A DNA stretch of 64,000 nucleotides from Phoronis australis (taxonomy: Eukaryota; Animalia; Phoronida): positions 10,629 to 74,628 of the forward strand of contig NMRA01000751.1 in the NCBI GenBank assembly GCA_002633005.1, read 5' to 3'. The position numbers and the translations under genes were made by a program. The notes under the pieces were generated by a model that ran no database searches, had not been told where the DNA came from, and saw only the letters and a program-made list of their open reading frames with translations. Numbering within the stretch: the stretch's first letter is position 1; each line of letters opens with the position of its first letter. Below are positions 37,651-46,400 of the stretch, piece by piece.

Positions 37651-40424
37651 CTGAAAGTAACGACGGGCAAGAAAATGTCAACTAATTTTGCAGTAGTACC
37701 GTGATGACTAAAGTCTGAAAACTCAAACACAACACATTTGAGCATGACAGCCTCAAGTACAATAATTCAAACAAACACCGTGCATGATTCGGTGTTGGTA
37801 AGTTTTTTAACCTGTGTGCTGTGCTGCTTCAATTCAAACACAGCCTTAACAAGAGCAACGTGGAGCATTGAAATGCCCCCACCACTGCACCGCAAATGGT
37901 GTTGCTTCCAGGGGTGCTTACTTGTATTATAACAAGAGCAACGCGGAGCGTTGAAATGCGCCCACAATTGCACCGCATACGGTATCCTTCTAGGGTTGTT
38001 TATTGGTACCATAAAGTGGCCAGTAGAGGGCATACTTTGCAAAATGGAAAGGCATGGTCATTGTCTCCTCAATAGGCTAGGGGCAAAATGTGAGTAATCT
38101 TCATAATACAAGCACATCCTATACACCAGTTGCTTAAAGCACCACAGAAACATAGAATTAAAAACAAATTTNNNNNNNNNNNNNNNNNNNNNNNNNNNNN
38201 NNNNNNNNNNNNNNNNNNNNNNNNNNNNNNNNNNNNNNNNNNNNNNNNNNNNNNNNNNNNNNNNNNNNNNNNNNNNNNNNNNNNNNNNNNNNNNNNNNNN
38301 NNNNNNNNNNNNNNNNNNNNNNNNNNNNNNNNNNNNNNNNNNNNNNNNNNNNNNNNNNNNNNNNNNNNNNNNNNNNNNNNNNNNNNNNNNNNNNNNNNNN
38401 NNNNNNNNNNNNNNNNNNNNNNNNNNNNNNNNNNNNNNNNNNNNNNNNNNNNNNNNNNNNNNNNNNNNNNNNNNNNNNNNNNNNNNNNNNNNNNNNNNNN
38501 NNNNNNNNNNNNNNNNNNNNNNNNNNNNNNNNNNNNNNNNNNNNNNNNNNNNNNNNNNNNNNNNNNNNNNNNNNNNNNNNNNNNNNNNNNNNNNNNNNNN
38601 NNNNNNNNNNNNNNNNNNNNNNNNNNNNNNNNNNNNNNNNNNNNNNNNNNNNNNNNNNNNNNNNNNNNNNNNNNNNNNNNNNNNNNNNNNNNNNNNNNNN
38701 NNNNNNNNNNNNNNNNNNNNNNNNNNNNNNNNNNNNNNNNNNNNNNNNNNNNNNNNNNNNNNNNNNNNNNNNNNNNNNNNNNNNNNNNNNNNNNNNNNNN
38801 NNNNNNNNNNNNNNNNNNNNNNNNNNNNNNNNNNNNNNNNNNNNNNNNNNNNNNNNNNNNNNNNNNNNNNNNNNNNNNNNNNNNNNNNNNNNNNNNNNNN
38901 NNNNNNNNNNNNNNNNNNNNNNNNNNNNNNNNNNNNNNNNNNNNNNNNNNNNNNNNNNNNNNNNNNNNNNNNNNNNNNNNNNNNNNNNNNNNNNNNNNNN
39001 NNNNNNNNNNNNNNNNNNNNNNNNNNNNNNNNNNNNNNNNNNNNNNNNNNNNNNNNNNNNNNNNNNNNNNNNNNNNNNNNNNNNNNNNNNNNNNNNNNNN
39101 NNNNNNNNNNNNNNNNNNNNNNNNNNNNNNNNNNNNNNNNNNNNNNNNNNNNNNNNNNNNNNAATGGAACATATGTGCCAAATTTCATGAACGTATGTCA
39201 AAGGGTTTTGGAGATAGAGCAGCGGACGCCGGACGCCAGACGCCGGACGGACGCCGCCCGGACGGACGGACGGACGGACGGACGGACGGACAGAGATGAC
39301 GGCATAATGCGTCCACATATAAATATGTGGGCGCATAAAAAATGGTCCAGAATGTTATCGTAATTAGAAACACATGCTCACAGCATTGCAGAATCAAAAC
39401 AAAAGAGTTCCTGCACCACAACAGATGATCGCCACAACAGATGATTACCAGAGATGTCACTGCCTGGGGATTTCAGTTACAGAAAATAAGTCTTACAACA
39501 GGACAACAGGAATTTAATACCAGTAGTATGATTTCCGTGTCAGTCGTGGTCAAGAGCTGAGTGCAATGACATTCCATAACAATTGTCCCCACCGCCGGTC
39601 AATCACTGCATGTATAGGTCCACTTGGAGGTGGAACATATAGTGATGGATCGACAGTGGAGGTGGACTGATTTAACACACCAATGACTCAAGCACCTCCG
39701 ATGGAACAACCGAGAAGGTTGGCGAGCAAATCGATGATGTTCCTTCCGACCTAGCAAACATCTCGTCTATGCTCCAGAGGTGGATCTAAGGGAGTGTGTA
39801 TAAAACGAATTGGCTTTGAGATTATTTCTGCCTTCTTCAAGTTATGGGAAGGTAGAACAACTAAGGTGAAGGCTTACGCTGTTGGTAAGAGATACGTACC
39901 AAGAAGTCCCAGCTTTTTGCCGACCTGAATAAATGTGCTGCCCTTGTCTTGGTTCAGTTTGGACACGATGGTATCAGCAGGGTGCGAAACAACAGCGCAG
40001 AATACGCCAGCTATAAGGAAATAGATGCGATCAATTAAAAGGCAAATACATATGTGTGTACTGCTGACCCACTCTCACACAAAATGTGGTAATATTTGTA
40101 AATCAGATAATCACTATCATATAGAGTAAAACTCTCATTAAGTCAACCATACATAAGTGAGACTTTTGCTTAACTAGGATAAAGTTCCACGGTAGCGTTG
40201 TTCCAAGACTGACCACTTTGTTCTTCATGCAAGTCAGATTTTGCCTTATTCGTGTAAAATCTCCCAGTCCCATTGGGTCAGACTTATGGAAGTGCTAAAA
40301 AAATGTAAAAAATTTTAAGAATTGTAAAGAGCTTGGAAGGTTCACGATCACAAAAATAATTTTGCGTTATTATTACTGTTACTGTTATTCGTATTATTAT
40401 TATTATTATTACTGTAATTATTAC

Positions 40425-40467
<43 letters not shown>

Positions 40468-43400
40468 GTTGTTGTTGTACTTTTATGAATACAAAAAAGA
40501 AATCAATTTGCAATTAATAACAAGACAACATTGAATTAGATGAGAAAAATGCAAGAAACAAATCCAAAATAATGGGCAACTTGCAACGGGAAAACCATCT
40601 GACTACAGCAGAGACACGTACCGATGTAACCAGCCAAAAACGTGACAGCCAGCTGTTCACCTTTGCTGCATTCTGACCTTGGCTTGGGCACAACATGTTT
40701 GTAGAGTGCCTCAACGGTGCGCTCAAAGCAAGCAAACTTCATCATGGTGTAGGGGATCTGACGAGCCCACAGAGGCACCAGACCTTTATAGAATCTGAAA
40801 AGAAACAGCGCAACTGAATTTCAAGACTAACGACACATCAATACATAGAGTCAACGAGTCGCCGTCACCACAGGTTTGTGTAATCAATAACTAATAATAA
40901 TAACTAACAAGAGCAACGTGAAGCATTGAAGTGTGCCCACGAATGCATCGCAAATGGTGTGCTTATAGGGTTGTTTCTTTGTATCACAGAAATGGCCACT
41001 AGATCGCCCAAAAACATCCAATTCATCCAAAAAATGGAAATATGTCTTTGCTTCTTTAATAGAAAGCTATCCACCAAATTTCATAATAATCTGTTGAGGA
41101 ATTTCAGAGAAACAAAGGAAAATCTAATAAAATGAAATTGCCACTAGGGGGCACAGCGTTCGTTGGATCCGCCTGAAAGTGGTTGCCATCTGTTGTTAGC
41201 TTCATATAAATATACTTACAAAATTTAATAAAGATCCTGCAGTGGGTTTAGGAGACAGAGCTATGTGCAAAACAAAACAAAACAACCACTAGGAGGACCC
41301 ACAATAGTTGAAGTCGTCATTGTCAACCGTCCACACTAAGAACAAATACGACAATTGTCAAAACCATCCTTAGAATGGTTTGGTTGATAAAGGAGTGGAA
41401 GAAAATAGCAACAAGAGCAACGCAGAGCGTTGAAATGAGCCCACAATTGCATCGTATACGGTATCCTTCCAGGGTTGTTTATTGGTACCATAAAGTGGCC
41501 AGTAGAGGGCATATATGTAGTATGTTGCACTTTGCAAAATGGAAAAGCATGGTCATTGTCTCCTCAATAGGCTAGGGGCAAAATGTGGGCGATCTTCATA
41601 ATACAAGCACATCCTATACATCACTTACTTAAAGCACCACAGAAACATAGAATTAAAAACAAATTTACCAACATACGAGATTAGCACAGCATTAGAATGC
41701 CAGAAACAAATTTCTACGTGGAACTTTTCCTTCATAGTCACGAAGTAACAAACAAAGTATACACCTGAAGACCTATGAAAATACAGAGGACAATGAAAAA
41801 TACTAAAATTGCCACTAGAGGCATACCGGTAGTCAGAATCATCCTAAAGTCGTCACCGTCACATAAATACACTTGCTAAATTTAGAAAAGATCCTGCAAA
41901 CGGATTGGGAGATACAGCCATGGGCACAAAAAACTGCCACTAGGAGGCGCCACAGTAATCAAAGTCATGGGAAATTCAGCGTCAACCGTCCTATTCATAG
42001 TAAGAACATACATGCCAATTTTCACAATCATACTTAGAGTGGTTTGGTTGATAGAGGGGTGGACGCCAAAAACAGACTCAAAAACAGTAAAAATGGCCAC
42101 TGGGTGTCGCAAACTAGGTCGAATCCATCCAAAAACAGAGGATAGCGTCATCGCACTAATAGGTGCCTACATACCAAATTTCATGAAAATCCGTTCAGAA
42201 CTTTTGAAGATACAAAGGTAAGAGTAAAAAACTAAAATTGCCACTAGGGGGCACACCGGTAGTCGGATGCCTCCGAAAGTTCGCACATGCCGTCCCATTC
42301 ATGAATGGAACATATGTGCTAAATTTCATGAACGTATGTCAAAGGGTTTTGGAGATAAGGCAGCGGACGCCGCCCGGACGGACGGAGATGACGGCATAAT
42401 GCGTCCACATATAAATATGTGGGCGCATAAAAATGACCACTAGGTGGCACAAAATACCTCGATTCCATCCGAAAACAGGAGGATAGCGTCATCTCACCAA
42501 TAGGTGCCTATATTCAAAATTTTATGAAAATCCGTTGAGGACCTTTGAAGGTACACAGTTGAACGTAAAAAACTAAAATTGCCACTAGGGGGCACACCAA
42601 TACCCAGATTGCTAAATTTAGTAAAGATCCTGCAAACGGTTTAGGTGATATAGCAGTAGGCGCAAAAAAACTGCCACTAGGAGGCGCCACAGTTGTTGAA
42701 GTAGTCGGAAAATTATTGTCAGCCATCTTCTTCATAGTAAGAACATACATTGCGATTTTCACAATCATCCTTCAAGCGGTTTGATTGATAGAGTGGACAC
42801 CAAAAACAGACTCGAAAACAGTAAAAATGGCCACTAGGTGGCGTAAACTACATCAAATCCATCCGAAAACCGGAGGATGGCATCATCACACTAATAGGTG
42901 GCACACCAGCAGTCTGATCAGTCTGAAAATTTGCTCACGCCATCCAATCTGTGAAAGGAACACGTGCAAAATTTTATGAACATACGTTTCAGGTTTTGGA
43001 GATACAGCAGCAGACACAGGACGCCGCCCGGACGGACGGAGATGACAGCACAATGCGTNAATGCGTCCACATATATATACCAGGGCTTGGAATGACCAAT
43101 GACAAAAAACGCGGAAACTTTTACGGCCCAAAACATGCGCGCTACCCAGCCTTGAAATAGTCAATGTGAACCTTTCACCGACGAAAATCGGTAGGACTAA
43201 AAAAAAACCGTTACCACCATCAGTGGCATGCGTCTGCGTCTTTTTATCTCGTCCATCCACTCCTCCACTCCCACCCCCACACATTTTTGGCTGCAGAGCC
43301 GTAGTATTTGTCACCGCGGTTTACAATCACACGAGTCATCGTCATTGAAAATCCCACCACGCTATCCCAGATGCCCCGGCAATGTTGACAATTTACGTTC

Positions 43401-46400
43401 CTCCGAAACATAAAGAGCAACTTCCGCTTTTCGAGGTGAACGTCGTCGGCAACGCCGCGGTAAGAAACGAATTTGCCGCGGAAATTTTACATCAAATCCG
43501 ATTTTTTTTACGCGGAAATATAATAAAATGCGCCGACAGAACATTTGAAAAAAGCGGAAATCCGCGTTTCCGCGGAAAATTCCAAGCCCTGATATATGTG
43601 GCCACATATAAATGAGAAGATATACGCACCCACTAACGCCCTCCTCTTTCAGGATGATGGGGAAGCCCTCACGCAGTGATGTGGCAAAGCCCGGTTTTGT
43701 CTGAATGCGTACTTTGACTGCCTCCATTGGGCACAGGGCAATGTCAGCGAAAAACTCCGCAGAGGCAGATGCAGCTAGATATAATGACGTTCTCCACAGG
43801 AAAGTATTCTCCTGCAATGCAACCAATATACATCATAATGCAACCAATATACATTATTATGCAACTAATATACATTATTATGCAACTAAATCTCAGTATT
43901 TCCATGTTTAACCAAATGATATAGCCCAAAATTTCGTCTTAGAAAACTAGAACCTACTTTTGTAAACAAAAATCTAAATCAAATGTGAAGTAATCCCAAA
44001 ATCACAAGATTAAATCAAATAATTCATGGGTACTCTTTACAGTCTGCCTATTGTGAACAATTCATTTGCATTGCCTATATCTACAAAACCGTCAAGTTCA
44101 AACAATGTTATTAATAGCACAAGCAAATTTTGAACGATATAAATGTTCAAGATGGAATCTCCAAAATTGTTTTGTAGATATTTGGTAGAATGCACAAATA
44201 TGTCGATAACGTCCTCTAAAATAAGGGCTGTTCCAGCAAAATCTGTATGGGAGGGGGGGAAGGCACTTTTATTTCGTACCCACCGCCCATATTTTTCATT
44301 TATTTCTCCAACCCATGACCCATAATTTTTTAATTATTTTTAATAGGTTAAAATATAAAATCCAACAGTTGCAAACAAATTGCCTCCAGGAGGACCTGTT
44401 AAGAACTTAGATGATTGACAGACAAGAACTAGTTGTCTTGTCCAATATTGTCAAAAACTAAAGTAGCCTGTGAGCAATACTTTTGGCAGCCACCAGGTGT
44501 CTCTGTTCACCATGTGTCTATAATTTCAATGAACATTTTTTCATTTATAAGGATCTATGAATCCCAAACTGTCTCCATGAACTCTTTTATACTTCTATGT
44601 CAAGTGAATATTGGAACTTGCTTATTTTACTCCTCATACTTTTTATTTAAAAATCATCAATTTTCTTATATGTGTTAACACCAGTTTACTGTTGCATAAC
44701 TTTTCAATTCAATAGGACTGCAGACAAACAGTTGGTTCAGATCAAGTTGCCCATGACTTGATTAATGGCTTAGTGAACATATTGCACTCTGTTCACTGGC
44801 AATATGGGCTTTTTTGTATTGGGATAAGTTAGGATATATGCCAATTGCGTTTATTTTGAGTTTTGAGGGCTGACGTAATCAACCTGTCAACGGTGACAGT
44901 TGAAAAAAATACACCCATTTTTAATGCATCACTTCTTACAGGAACGACCACCCATAATTTGAGTTTTTTTCTGAAGACCACCACCCATGAATTTTTATTT
45001 CTACTGCCGTCCCCCCCTCCCACAGGGATTTTACTGGAACAGCCCTAAGCGTATGTTTCTTTAGTAATCAACATAATCAACATAATCAGATGACAGAAAT
45101 GCTATAGTTTGCGTCATGTTGTGTATCCAACACATCACAGTCCATAAAAATAAGGTATTATGTTATGAGCAGCCATTGGCTTATAACGCACAACAGATTC
45201 GGTATGAGCTGGCCATTGTCACTGATCATTGAAGCCACCCGCCACACAAACCATAACCCCCTGATCGGGTAGACAAAGTTAGCAGACAAAGGCAATACAC
45301 CGAAGCATAATCAGAAAAGATATACAAACCAAAACAACAAAGAAATCTGAGGAAAGAGGCATAATTAGTCGTACATTCCCCAACAAACTAGTTCACATAT
45401 GCAAAATATCTGCAGGCACTGCTGGGACCCACCTCTCCTAAGAGGTTACTGTACAGGATTTTGAACACTTCATAAAAGCCGAACTTGCATAGGCCCTGCA
45501 TGGAGTAGCCGATCAGAGTAGGAGCCCATCCCAAGGTCAGTCCTTTAGCACCACCTTCGGCGATGGAAACTTTGAAGCCATGGAATATACCTGAAAGAAT
45601 GGTGAAATCAAAGAACAATTACAGGATTCACACTAGGCCGTGCCGTTTCAGTCACACTTCAAAACTGAGACACCTCGATTAACCTCTTTTTTATAAGTAA
45701 CAAAAAGCCTCTGCAGAATCACGTACTTGGTTAATATAGGAGCTCAATAATTCAACTAATAATAACTGGATAAGTAAATGCTGTTCACAATGTGTGCAAA
45801 CCAAGAGAGATCACAACAAAAGACAAAATGATTTGTGTACGCTAGTATACCAATAAAGGTATAGGACACTGTATTTACCTTTGTATTTGGCAGGGTCCAC
45901 CTGAATTCGACATTTAACAAGGTCAAGTGGCACGACTGCTGTGTGAGTGATGCCGCAACTGAGGATACCGCCAAAGCCACAGAGGGCGTAGTACTTATTA
46001 GAACCAAATTCACAACTGTCACCCTCTGAAATTGAGATAAATACAATATGTACTAGTCATTCACTTAACAGAAGAACATATTATTCAGTGATAACTTTTT
46101 TTTGGCTTTTGGCAAAAACTTTTCAATTTTGAAGAAAATACTAATTTGATAGCATTACATTTCTAAGGCTTACTAGGTTACTGCAAGACGCTCAAAGTTT
46201 CACCAGATGCTAAGTTTCGCCAGATGCTAAAAGTTTCACCAGATGCTAAAAGTTTCACCAGATGCTAAAAGTTTCACCAGATGCTAAGTTTCGCCAGATG
46301 CTCTTTAGTTACATCTGTAAAAACAACATGTTATAAACAACGCAAAATTATCTATTCATTACTTTTTATGAAAAATTTGACAAAATTTTATTCGACTCGT

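Noticed and set aside
38058-39336. 370-390 aa ORFs (also 30315-30705)
   Set aside because: Artefacts of reading through N-gaps.
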